64,000 nt of DNA from positions 32,001 through 96,000 of IMG/VR virus record IMGVR_UViG_3300021540_000004. One strand, written 5' to 3'. A model generated the notes under the pieces. The model saw only the letters and a list, made by a program, of their open reading frames with translations, did not search any database and had not been told where the DNA came from. Below, piece by piece: positions 19,666 to 28,668 of the stretch (position 1 is the first letter of the stretch; each line of letters opens with the position of its first letter). The DNA comes from a virus (taxonomy: Duplodnaviria; Caudoviricetes). Position numbers and translations under genes: made by a program.

Positions 19666-20163
19666 TCAAGCCTCTCTATTAATGAATTTTTCAATATTTT
19701 CAGGATTCAAATCATAACAAAAACTTAAACTATTATCATAATGATTATCCTCATACCATCCTTCACAGAAATCATCTAAAAGTTTACGTATATCTTCACT
19801 TACACGATATGAACAGTCAAGAACAATCCGAACATGAGATTCATCACTATACTCCACATACTCCACAGAAATATCATCACAACTGTTAAGGATTATTTCA
19901 GGTATTTCCTGTTTAACTTCTTTTTCCAGTGTATCTATTACTTGTCGAAGATTATCTCCTAACAGATAAGCATTAACCATATAACCTTTTAAATCCATAT
20001 ACTCGCCCTCAGTCTGTAAATACCAATTATACTCTTCCATAAATTCTTCGTATAATTCTTTTTGAATATAACCTGCTCTAATAGATTCATTAATAGCATA
20101 ACATAATTTATTATATGCTTTAACTACTTCATTAGCTAATATTTTAAAATATTTATCCATCAT
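19666..20163 (-). CDS. Hypothetical acidic protein
   Basis: ORF in coupled operon. Confidence 0.6.
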   Translation of the reverse strand: MMDKYFKILANEVVKAYNKLCYAINESIRAGYIQKELYEEFMEEYNWYLQTEGEYMDLKGYMVNAYLLGDNLRQVIDTLEKEVKQEIPEIILNSCDDISVEYVEYSDESHVRIVLDCSYRVSEDIRKLLDDFCEGWYEDNHYDNSLSFCYDLNPENIEKFINREA

Positions 20164-20492
20164 TCTAAATCTTCTTTTTTAGTGTAGTAATTACAAAAAT
20201 CAATTAATATAGGTGTTATTTCTTCACCACTGTGTTCACATAAATGTTTAACCATATATTCAATACCTTCACCACGATCACCAATACATACTTCTTCACC
20301 ATAACAATATTTGCATGTGAAACAATCTATTCCCACTTCTTCAACATTGATTAATTCTGGTTTTTCAACAAATACTATTGCTGATTTTTCATGTTCTTTT
20401 ATTTCTTCAATTATTCTTTGAGCTACTCTTTTAGCATCTTCAGTGTTTTTTTGGTAATTTACTTTGAATGTTATAGTAACTTCATGAAACAT
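20160..20492 (-). CDS. Hypothetical protein with Cys cluster
   Basis: CFTCKYC...C...C. Confidence 0.6.
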   Translation of the reverse strand: MFHEVTITFKVNYQKNTEDAKRVAQRIIEEIKEHEKSAIVFVEKPELINVEEVGIDCFTCKYCYGEEVCIGDRGEGIEYMVKHLCEHSGEEITPILIDFCNYYTKKEDLE

Positions 20493-20495
20493 ACT

Positions 20496-20792
20496 TTATT
20501 CCTCCTCATACATTTCTAATAATTCTTCAGGAGTCTTCAACTTTATAAGAATACGTGGATTACCTGAATTTACTCCTTCAAGTTCTATTTTAAATAGTGA
20601 AATAAACTCTTCATATTCAATTAATGATTTATCTTCATCAGATAACTCATCATACCATTCAAGTAACTTATCATTAACATTATTCAATGCAGTTGATAAT
20701 GCGGTTTCGAGTATTTCGCTTAAATTTTTCTCAAAATTTAGATTACTCGTTCTTTCAGGAGTTTTTATTTTATCAAAATCTAGAGTATTCAT
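20496..20792 (-). CDS. Hypothetical protein
   Basis: ORF with ATGA overlap. Confidence 0.55.
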   Translation of the reverse strand: MNTLDFDKIKTPERTSNLNFEKNLSEILETALSTALNNVNDKLLEWYDELSDEDKSLIEYEEFISLFKIELEGVNSGNPRILIKLKTPEELLEMYEEE

Positions 20793-21163
20793 TCTTCCAT
20801 CTCACTTATTTTTGATTTAAGTTTGAAGTTTTCATTCTTTAATTTACGATTATTTTTTCTTAATTGATATATCGTATTATCTTTAACTTTATCACTACAT
20901 GATTTACGGATAAATTCTGCAAATGTTTTAGGATTAACTTTCTTATACCGGTTATGATATTTTTTATGGCAGGATTTACAGATTACAACAAGATTATTTT
21001 CTTCACAATAATCTGGTTTACTTGCTTTCACTTGTTTTAAATGATGTGGTTCAAGATTTTCTCTTGATCCACATACAAAACATTCACCAGTTTGCCTTTT
21101 TAATCTGTTGAAAGTATAACCTAAATCATAATAATATTTTCCTTTATGTATCTTGTAACTCAT
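20789..21163 (-). CDS. HNH endonuclease
   Basis: CFVCG...LEPHH...NNLVVICKSCHKKYH. Confidence 0.85.
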   Translation of the reverse strand: MSYKIHKGKYYYDLGYTFNRLKRQTGECFVCGSRENLEPHHLKQVKASKPDYCEENNLVVICKSCHKKYHNRYKKVNPKTFAEFIRKSCSDKVKDNTIYQLRKNNRKLKNENFKLKSKISEMEE

Positions 21164-21666
21164 AAGAACATGTTTTTCTCTTTATTTAATGGGAATTCAT
21201 AAGTTTTCATATCATAATCCGTCAACGAATAATAACAAATACTCAAACAATAATCAAACTCACCATGTATCTTTCTTATATTCTCTAAGAATATTTGATT
21301 ACTGTCATTATAAACTTCTAAATGGAGATATGGTATGTTTATTGTTCGTTTTAAAAGCACCTCATCCTTAGGAATATATTTTAATTCCATTGAAATATCA
21401 CGAGTTTGTTTTAATATTTCATGTATTACATCGTTTAAATTTTCATTAAGAATATACTGTGCTATTCTTTCCAAATCACCAATATTTTTCACATACCTTA
21501 CTATTTCATCTTGCATTGTATCTAAATCAGATGTTAATAAACAGTAATGTGCTCCATAGGAGTATACTCCAGTTATTTCTTCACCATTTCTTTTTTTAAC
21601 TACAGTTAAATCCGCAGTTCTTTCACGTAGTTCTTCTAATTCTTTTATTAATTCACTAATATTCAT
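21160..21666 (-). CDS. Hypothetical protein
   Basis: ORF with ATGA overlaps on both sides. Confidence 0.6.
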   Translation of the reverse strand: MNISELIKELEELRERTADLTVVKKRNGEEITGVYSYGAHYCLLTSDLDTMQDEIVRYVKNIGDLERIAQYILNENLNDVIHEILKQTRDISMELKYIPKDEVLLKRTINIPYLHLEVYNDSNQIFLENIRKIHGEFDYCLSICYYSLTDYDMKTYEFPLNKEKNMFL

Positions 21667-22253
21667 TGTACAATATTACTCCATGTTAATGGTATTCCTT
21701 GATGTGTACCTTTTTTATTATTACATTTTAACCAGGATTCATTTTTGTTTAATCTGTGAAGTAATGTCCTGGTGTATTCAACACTATAATATTTATTATA
21801 TTCCTTGTTGATGTGTTCGCTTATTTCTCTTGTTGTGAGTTCATTATTATCCTCTAATAATCTTTGTATTGTTTTTTTCAATTTTTTTTCAGGTATGTTT
21901 TTTCTTTTCATCTCACCCCATTTCTCTTTATTCCAATCAATCGACTCTAATATATCCAGTACAACCCGTAATTCTGCTTTGATATATGTACCGTAATTAA
22001 TATTATTCCTGGTTATATTATAACGGGAACCTTTTTTACTAACATATTCTGAGTATATTGGTGTTACTGGTCTTCCACAGTTACGTTTATAACCTGTTTG
22101 CCGGTATATTCGTTTTAAAATATTACGCCAGCGATTATTGCTTAAGTTATATTCTTCTTTGATTTTGTGTACTGGTACATTGTTCAGGTAATCTATGCTG
22201 ATGCGATTTATTATTTCATCAGATGTTGATCCACCGTCTTTTATATGAATCAT
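21663..22253 (-). CDS. HTH / AP2-like / winged-helix DNA-binding protein
   Basis: NYGTY....LESIDWNK; LTTREISEHIN. Confidence 0.55.
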   Translation of the reverse strand: MIHIKDGGSTSDEIINRISIDYLNNVPVHKIKEEYNLSNNRWRNILKRIYRQTGYKRNCGRPVTPIYSEYVSKKGSRYNITRNNINYGTYIKAELRVVLDILESIDWNKEKWGEMKRKNIPEKKLKKTIQRLLEDNNELTTREISEHINKEYNKYYSVEYTRTLLHRLNKNESWLKCNNKKGTHQGIPLTWSNIVQ

Positions 22254-22768
22254 TCACCCAACCACCTTTTGCGTATGTCTTCCCATAAAAAATAGTTTTT
22301 TGACTTTTCACAGTTGTTTCGTGTTGTGTAGATTGCTTTGTATTTGATTAAATCGTAATCTAAGTCAAATAGTTTTAAAACTTTTTTGGGTGTGGTACGG
22401 TCATATTTTTCATATTCAAAAACTAGTATTGTTGAGTCAGTGTATACTTTGCAGCATTTGCAGTCATTGTCTTTTAGGTATGTTTCTAGTTTTTCTGATA
22501 ATGTTTCATTATTGATTTTTTCCCTGTATAGTACTTCTAGGATATTTTTTGGTTTTATATTTTTGTTTAACCATTGGGTTAATTCTTCAGCTTCATGTAG
22601 CTGTGTTAATGTTATTTCTGGAAGTTCATTATATTCATCAATAATTTTAATTGAATCATCATCTAGATTAAATCTATCTTCATTCTTCTTGATTTTATCT
22701 TTTATGTATTTGTTTTGAACTAAACAATCTCTGATACTAATTACTTTATTTTTTTCTTTTTCATTCAT
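22250..22768 (-). CDS. Hypothetical protein (start at ATG 22768)
   Basis: TTTTTTCGTATG start context. Confidence 0.55.
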   Translation of the reverse strand: MNEKEKNKVISIRDCLVQNKYIKDKIKKNEDRFNLDDDSIKIIDEYNELPEITLTQLHEAEELTQWLNKNIKPKNILEVLYREKINNETLSEKLETYLKDNDCKCCKVYTDSTILVFEYEKYDRTTPKKVLKLFDLDYDLIKYKAIYTTRNNCEKSKNYFLWEDIRKRWLGE

Positions 22769-22895
22769 ACGAAAAAAATCCCCTTTAAACTCCAAAAAAA
22801 ATTTTTAATTTTTATTCTATTATGTGATGCTGCAACATCCATTATAAAAAAATAGAATAAAAAAAAATATTTTTATATTCATTATAATGTTTTTT

Positions 22896-23429
22896 TTACA
22901 TTTTAAACGAAACATAAATGCCTTTATAATCAAACTCCTGCTTATACTCTATATATGTAAACATTAATTCTGCGAATTCTTTTATAGTACATAATAATTC
23001 ATAATCCTGTACTTCAAAAGGACCATAAGCATCATCTTCAGTGTGATTAATAGTTAAAATATTATCATGATACTTTAAATACAATCTGTTTCCACAAGGT
23101 TCTCCCATTTTACGATATTCTTGATATTCATCAACTATACGGTTCAATGAGATATATGTGGTATTTGAAGAATCTTTATACAGATATGTTTCTATTGTAT
23201 CGGTTATTTTATGGTATGGTAAAGGTATTTGACAGTATCTACAGAATTCCTCTAATTTTTCTATAAAGACGTTTTCATCAATAACTGAATTATGTACTGA
23301 TATACTGGCTATTATCATAGTTGATAATTCAGGGTAATCAGTTATTATTTTTTCTTTTAATTCTTTTTTTGAGATTAAATCTTTTATTGATTTTGTGTCC
23401 ATAATCTCTGTGTATGTTATTGTTTCCAT
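22896..23429 (-). CDS. Hypothetical early protein
   Basis: First gene after leader copy 3, GGTGAG RBS. Confidence 0.65.
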   Translation of the reverse strand: METITYTEIMDTKSIKDLISKKELKEKIITDYPELSTMIIASISVHNSVIDENVFIEKLEEFCRYCQIPLPYHKITDTIETYLYKDSSNTTYISLNRIVDEYQEYRKMGEPCGNRLYLKYHDNILTINHTEDDAYGPFEVQDYELLCTIKEFAELMFTYIEYKQEFDYKGIYVSFKM

Positions 23430-23528
23430 CTCTTTCTCACCTTTATAATTTTTTTCTTTTGGGATTTTTATAGGAGCATAATATATACTCCCTTATATAA
23501 TATTCTGATATACTATTATATATAATTT
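23430..23528 (-). promoter_or_regulatory. Early promoter plus structured leader, copy 3
   Basis: TTATATATA, TAGTATATCAGAATATTATATAAG, GGAGTATA/TATGCTCC hairpin, CCCAAAAGAAAAAAA, GGTGAG. Confidence 0.75.
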
Positions 23529-23549
23529 ACCATACATATACCTGTGATT

Positions 23550-23816
23550 CTACTCAGATTCCAAACGAACCAAAGACAACTCACTAATACCCTTATACTG
23601 CAAATATATAGTACTACTATCCATCAAAATAACCTCAAAACCACAATCACAAAAAGTAATCAAAGAAACATTACTTAAATCAAAATGAAAAGACTCACCA
23701 GAATTACGAACAACAGCCAAAATATAATGATTCAAATGATTCTTCAAATTACTCAAACGATGATTCAACCTTTCAAACAAAGTAGGAACATCACCTACAC
23801 ACTCAGACTTCACCAT
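23550..23816 (-). CDS. Hypothetical protein
   Basis: ORF with GGTGA RBS. Confidence 0.55.
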   Translation of the reverse strand: MVKSECVGDVPTLFERLNHRLSNLKNHLNHYILAVVRNSGESFHFDLSNVSLITFCDCGFEVILMDSSTIYLQYKGISELSLVRLESE

Positions 23817-23823
23817 AACCTAT

Positions 23824-24348
23824 TCACCTGACAAGAACATTATCATCCAACAATTTAACAGTATTCCAATAAGCACGTTCCAATAAAGTTGGATCTATTA
23901 TCTTCAATTCATCACTAGTAAAATAACCTTTACGGCCTTTCTGCATAACCATATCCGCAATCATCTCTAACACATCAATAAGATTAACATCAACAGGACA
24001 ATTAGCATTTAAATGATGACGCTCCTTAGTAATATGTTTAACCCACCAGTCAGATTTAAGAAACTCATCATCTTTCACATCATTCAATACTAAGCCAATG
24101 TATTCATCCATGTCAACTACTTTAGTATTGTCATGCATTAATCCTGCACGAGCTATTTTAGCGGAGAAAAAATTCATCGCTTTTTGAACATCTTGAACAT
24201 GTTCTAATGTGTCTTCCCTACAGGTTTCTTCAGTTAAAAATTGGTTGCTTGTACGGCTATCTGCATTGGGTGTTGGTCGTATAACAATCTTATTACTTTT
24301 TGTTTTTTTTGCAGGTAATGTAATATCATTCATACTTTTATTCCTCAC
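23824..24348 (-). CDS. DUF5662-like HD-fold protein
   Basis: H...V...HDNTK...H...RHH...L.DVLEMIAD metal-binding pattern. Confidence 0.65.
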   Translation of the reverse strand: MRNKSMNDITLPAKKTKSNKIVIRPTPNADSRTSNQFLTEETCREDTLEHVQDVQKAMNFFSAKIARAGLMHDNTKVVDMDEYIGLVLNDVKDDEFLKSDWWVKHITKERHHLNANCPVDVNLIDVLEMIADMVMQKGRKGYFTSDELKIIDPTLLERAYWNTVKLLDDNVLVR

Positions 24349-24550
24349 TTTATTTTTTTTGGGTTGAAAAAAATATTATTTTTTTATATGTTAATATTAT
24401 CTAATAACTCTAAACGATACTCTTCAAAAGCATCAATCTCCTTTTGTATCTTATCAGATAACTCTTTATCAGTAACATTCTCTTTTTTCTTTTTCAACTC
24501 ACTTATAGTGAATTTAACAGCTTCTAATTCGTTTTCTAATTTATTCATAT

Positions 24551-24859
24551 TCAATCCTTTTTATATTTTAAAGTATACTCATAACTTAATGATTGTGATA
24601 AAACTTTATCCTCACCTATATTATTACGGGTTGTTATTTTAGCACTTATCAATGCAAGGCCGTAATCGTTTTCTAAACGTTCAATTAAACTATCAGTTAA
24701 TTCTAACCATGTGAGAATAGTAACACCATACTTGCTAATATAAACTCTTGCATCATAATCTAATAATTCTTTATGAATTAAATCCTCTAATTCATCAACA
24801 AGTAATAATTTAATCCTCATTAAATCCGTATACTTTTCGTATAATTCTTTAAAACTCAT
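24551..24859 (-). CDS. Hypothetical protein
   Basis: ORF in coupled operon. Confidence 0.55.
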   Translation of the reverse strand: MSFKELYEKYTDLMRIKLLLVDELEDLIHKELLDYDARVYISKYGVTILTWLELTDSLIERLENDYGLALISAKITTRNNIGEDKVLSQSLSYEYTLKYKKD

Positions 24860-25203
24860 TTTCTTTTAATCCTCAAATATTTAAATTCTTTTTCTATTAT
24901 ACTTGCTTCTCTTTCGAAATCTTGCTCCTCATTAATGTGAGGTCCTAAAGTACCTGTACCTAAACCCCACCGTTGTTTCTCCGTTAACTCATGTTTATGT
25001 TTATGATACCATCTATGACTTGTTCTTCGTGAATGCTCCTGTAAAGAATAGTATCTGCATTCACTACTACAATAAGATTCTTTATTGTGTTTCTTTATAA
25101 ATAATCCATTACACCATCGACAAGTACCAACACTCAATCGTGGAACTCTTTTTTTTAAAAAAATATTATTCCATGTTGTTAAACCTGCATTTAAACTATG
25201 CAT
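24856..25203 (-). CDS. Zinc-finger protein
   Basis: CRWC...YCSSEC. Confidence 0.65.
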   Translation of the reverse strand: MHSLNAGLTTWNNIFLKKRVPRLSVGTCRWCNGLFIKKHNKESYCSSECRYYSLQEHSRRTSHRWYHKHKHELTEKQRWGLGTGTLGPHINEEQDFEREASIIEKEFKYLRIKRK

Positions 25204-25876
25204 GTCCTAATAAATCCTCCTTAATATAATTTTTATTAGTCAGCCAGCATCCATAATCCCATTCAATCGACTCCAGGTAATCACGGATTTTCATAGCATC
25301 CTCATAATTATTATAATAACCGAAAAAATGATTCTTATCCCCAATTCTTTTTCTGATGTATACTTTATCAAAATACTTATAGATATACCTGTGCGGATTA
25401 GCAAGACGATAATCTTTTGTTGAATTTAATTCCTCTTTGATTATGTGAATGAATTCATATAATCTGTTATATGGTAGTTTGAATTTTGATTGTAATTGAT
25501 CCCACGAGTAATCTTTATCATATTCTTGTTTTATCATTTCCAGTATATCTTCATCAGTTACTTTTTTCACAACATAATCAGGATTATTTATCTCACTATT
25601 CTTTAATAATGCCTGTTGTAGTGTGGGATGATAACTATGCACTTGTATTTTTAAAGTGTTTATTATCATGTAGCAGCCATTATGGTATTTGTTATGTACA
25701 CGTGGTGTACGATAACTGTTTTCATCCACACCTAATTCTTTTTTCACTGTTTTTAATAAACGATTATATGTTCTTGTACTTATACCTACGATTTCACGTA
25801 TCTCATAGGAGGATAATGTTGTGTAATAATAAGCTTTTAATTGTTCAACGAGTTCCCTTTCTGTTTCATCCACCAA
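25196..25876 (-). CDS. HTH plus AP2-like DNA-binding protein
   Basis: SSYEIREIVGISTRTY; HFFGYYNNYEDAMKIRDYLESIEW. Confidence 0.6.
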   Translation of the reverse strand: MVDETERELVEQLKAYYYTTLSSYEIREIVGISTRTYNRLLKTVKKELGVDENSYRTPRVHNKYHNGCYMIINTLKIQVHSYHPTLQQALLKNSEINNPDYVVKKVTDEDILEMIKQEYDKDYSWDQLQSKFKLPYNRLYEFIHIIKEELNSTKDYRLANPHRYIYKYFDKVYIRKRIGDKNHFFGYYNNYEDAMKIRDYLESIEWDYGCWLTNKNYIKEDLLGHA

Positions 25877-25932
25877 TATTAAAAACCCCCAAATTTGTTA
25901 TTTTCCTGTTGAAACGATTCTAAATACCATTG

Positions 25933-26832
25933 TTAATATTTACATATTGTTTTTTTTCCATTTATAATATACCAGTCTAACCCCTTTTCTTTTACTTTAT
26001 TTTCTAATTTTTTAATATCAACACTTGTAATAATCTTCTGCTTACCATTTTCATAATATTCATATCTCCATGTAAATCCTTGTTTACAAGATTCACATTT
26101 ATTTTTACTAACCCTATAATAACCTGAGGTATTTTGTACTTCACTTAATCTTTTTTTATGTTCATTTGAAAATATTCTACCTTTAAGTTTTTCACTTAAT
26201 TTCTTTTTATGATCATCTGAATGATGTTTACCATAATTTGGATTATTTTTACCTTTTTTTGAATCACTTATTTTTCTTTTAGTTTCCTTCGATGGATGTT
26301 TACCATAATTTGGATTATTTTTACCTTTATTTGCATCACTCATTTTCTTTCGAGTTTCATTGGAAAATACTCTACCTTTAAGTTTTTCACTTATTTTCTT
26401 TTTTGTTTCATCTGAATGATGTTTACCTTTATTTGCTTCACTTATTTTCTTTTTTGTTTCATCTGAAAGAGGTCTACCTTTCTTTGATTCACCTACTTTT
26501 TTTGCGATTTCCGGATGTTTCATTGGATTAAAATCACCACCCCAAGTAAAATTATAACCCCCTTTATAAGTACCATACAAATTAATCAACTTCCTCTCTT
26601 CATCATCCAATTCATTCTTGGAACATTTTAAAAGAATATTAAAATTAAAATCATCTTCACCATATTTATTCCATACATTTTGTAAATAATTATTCGGATG
26701 ATTACCCTTATTCAAATGATTAATATGATGTTTAAATCTTCTTTCTATATTAATGGATTGACCAATATACATTTTACCAGTACTTTTATTGATTATTGCA
26801 TAAATACCGCAAGTCATAATAATCCACACCAT
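25933..26832 (-). CDS. GIY-YIG homing endonuclease with NUMOD3 repeats
   Basis: GIYAI...YIGQS..I.RR; multiple H(S)DETKKKISE repeats. Confidence 0.92.
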   Translation of the reverse strand: MVWIIMTCGIYAIINKSTGKMYIGQSINIERRFKHHINHLNKGNHPNNYLQNVWNKYGEDDFNFNILLKCSKNELDDEERKLINLYGTYKGGYNFTWGGDFNPMKHPEIAKKVGESKKGRPLSDETKKKISEANKGKHHSDETKKKISEKLKGRVFSNETRKKMSDANKGKNNPNYGKHPSKETKRKISDSKKGKNNPNYGKHHSDDHKKKLSEKLKGRIFSNEHKKRLSEVQNTSGYYRVSKNKCESCKQGFTWRYEYYENGKQKIITSVDIKKLENKVKEKGLDWYIINGKKTICKY

Positions 26833-26858
26833 ACATCCATTTATTTTTCCATTTCCTT

Positions 26859-27107
26859 TTACAGCATATTATTAAAATAAAAATTAATACATTTTAAAAT
26901 ATGTTTACAACAATAACTACCTAACTCTTTATGTTTTGCATACAAGTACGACGGGCAATCACATCGCCAAATTCCTTCCACACAACTGGTTAAATATTCA
27001 TCTTCACTTGTACCTTTTACTTTAAATACTATTTCATCTTCATCAGTATCATAAAATAAACTTATGTCTTCATCTTTTATTTGTGAAGCTCTTTGAAATG
27101 TTTTCAT
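26859..27107 (-). CDS. SWIM zinc-finger protein
   Basis: CDCP...CKH. Confidence 0.8.
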   Translation of the reverse strand: MKTFQRASQIKDEDISLFYDTDEDEIVFKVKGTSEDEYLTSCVEGIWRCDCPSYLYAKHKELGSYCCKHILKCINFYFNNML

Positions 27108-27151
27108 AATGCACGCCCATTTTTAATATGATTATATGTTTCTAGCAAGTA

Positions 27152-27793
27152 TTATTTTATACCATGTTCTTCTTTATATTTCTTAATATATTTAATTGCT
27201 TCACGGTTATCTTCTTTGGAGATTTCTCCTGCTTTGTACATGTTCATTCTTAAACCGTTGAGTTTGTATACTTCTGCTTTTTTGTTTGGGTATTTGTTTC
27301 TGTATATTTCTAGTAGTTCTTGTATTATTTTTGGATGTTCAGATTCGGTTACTTGTTCAACTACATTACCTGTTTCTCCAGGTGCTTCTTCTATAGTTGC
27401 ATCTGGATCTATACTGTCTTCCAGTATTTGGAATGTATCCATTAACAGGTAACGTTTTAGGTATGTTATTTTTTTTCCTTCGTCTTTTTCATCTTTGGTT
27501 ACTTCAGGTAAGCGTACTCTTGCACTGAATTCTTGATAGTTTTTATCTTGCCAGCCTACGAGTTTTAATAGTAATTGGTCGTTTGTTGCTGTGAAGTACA
27601 ATGTAAGATGATATTTTTTACATTCTCTCATCACAGGTGGTAGCATTTCTTGTAGTGGTATAAATTCTCCATGATATCCTTCTTTGGTTTTGAATTTATG
27701 GCCCATTAATGCTGTTTGTATGTTACTTATTTTTTCATGTATGGACATGTTTTCTATGTCTTCTACTTGTTCAATGGTATTATTTTGGTTCAT
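27152..27793 (-). CDS. ERF-family single-strand annealing protein
   Basis: SIHEKI..IQ, G..ITYLKRYLL...F.I...D.D. Confidence 0.75.
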   Translation of the reverse strand: MNQNNTIEQVEDIENMSIHEKISNIQTALMGHKFKTKEGYHGEFIPLQEMLPPVMRECKKYHLTLYFTATNDQLLLKLVGWQDKNYQEFSARVRLPEVTKDEKDEGKKITYLKRYLLMDTFQILEDSIDPDATIEEAPGETGNVVEQVTESEHPKIIQELLEIYRNKYPNKKAEVYKLNGLRMNMYKAGEISKEDNREAIKYIKKYKEEHGIK

Positions 27794-27795
27794 TG

Positions 27796-28050
27796 TTATA
27801 AGTCCCCCATGTGGTAGTAGTATGTATTTGCCTCGGTGTTACCAGAGAATGCAAAGCACATTGTTATGAATAATGCCATTATAAAGATCAATAGTAATGC
27901 TACTAATATGGTCATTATTGTGTTGTAATGTTTTTCTGTCCATGTTTCTTTTTTTGGGTATAAGTTAGTAGTTGTTGTTGGTTTGTCTACTAGACTTAAA
28001 CATACTATTAGTATTATTGTTTTTATGGTGTTTAGTATGGGAGTGTTCAT
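27796..28050 (-). CDS. Small membrane protein
   Basis: Long hydrophobic helix. Confidence 0.5.
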   Translation of the reverse strand: MNTPILNTIKTIILIVCLSLVDKPTTTTNLYPKKETWTEKHYNTIMTILVALLLIFIMALFITMCFAFSGNTEANTYYYHMGDL

Positions 28051-28190
28051 TTTTGAACCTCCTGTTTTAGTATGTTTAGTAGTTCGTCTTCTTTGTTTTC
28101 TTTGCGGTATTGCATGAATTCGTATCCTACTTTGGCGAAGTTTAGGATGGTGTTCATGTCCATTTGTTTAACTTTGTCTTGGAAAGTCAT
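28047..28190 (-). CDS. Small early protein (start corrected to ATG 28190)
   Basis: GGTGAG RBS of leader copy 4 precedes MTFQDK. Confidence 0.55.
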   Translation of the reverse strand: MTFQDKVKQMDMNTILNFAKVGYEFMQYRKENKEDELLNILKQEVQK

Positions 28191-28194
28191 TTTT

Positions 28195-28360
28195 TTCTCA
28201 CCTTCTATAATTGTTTCTTTTGGGATTTTTTTGAGGAGATTTTTTTGTAGCTGCAACTACAAGTTTGGTTTCTCCTGTTTGGTTGTAGTTTTTGTTTTAT
28301 ATAATATATAAAATTTATTTTAACTACTGTGTGATATAATATTTCTATATACTAGTATAT
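28195..28360 (-). promoter_or_regulatory. Promoter plus extended structured leader, copy 4
   Basis: AGGAGA/TCTCCT stem enclosing TTGTAG-TTGCAG-CTACAA, then CCCAAAAGAAA and GGTGAG. Confidence 0.65.
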
Positions 28361-28668
28361 ATATTTTTTCATTTTTTAAGTTAATGTAAAATAAAAGTTA
28401 CAATAAACTATAAATAACATTTACACTATATATTAAAAATGCATACAAATCAAAAAAATATAAAAACAGTTTTTTTCTCACTTTTTTCTTTTGGGTTGAA
28501 ATAAAATGACAAAATTACTTTTTTTTAAACAAACTTGATTTGTACTGCATTCATACGAAAAAACAGGGAAATAAAATATCTGCTCACGAGAACTGCAATT
28601 CTCAAGAAAATTTTATTTCCCAAACCTTTTAAAATAATACAAAACAAATCTAAAAAATTAAAACACCA

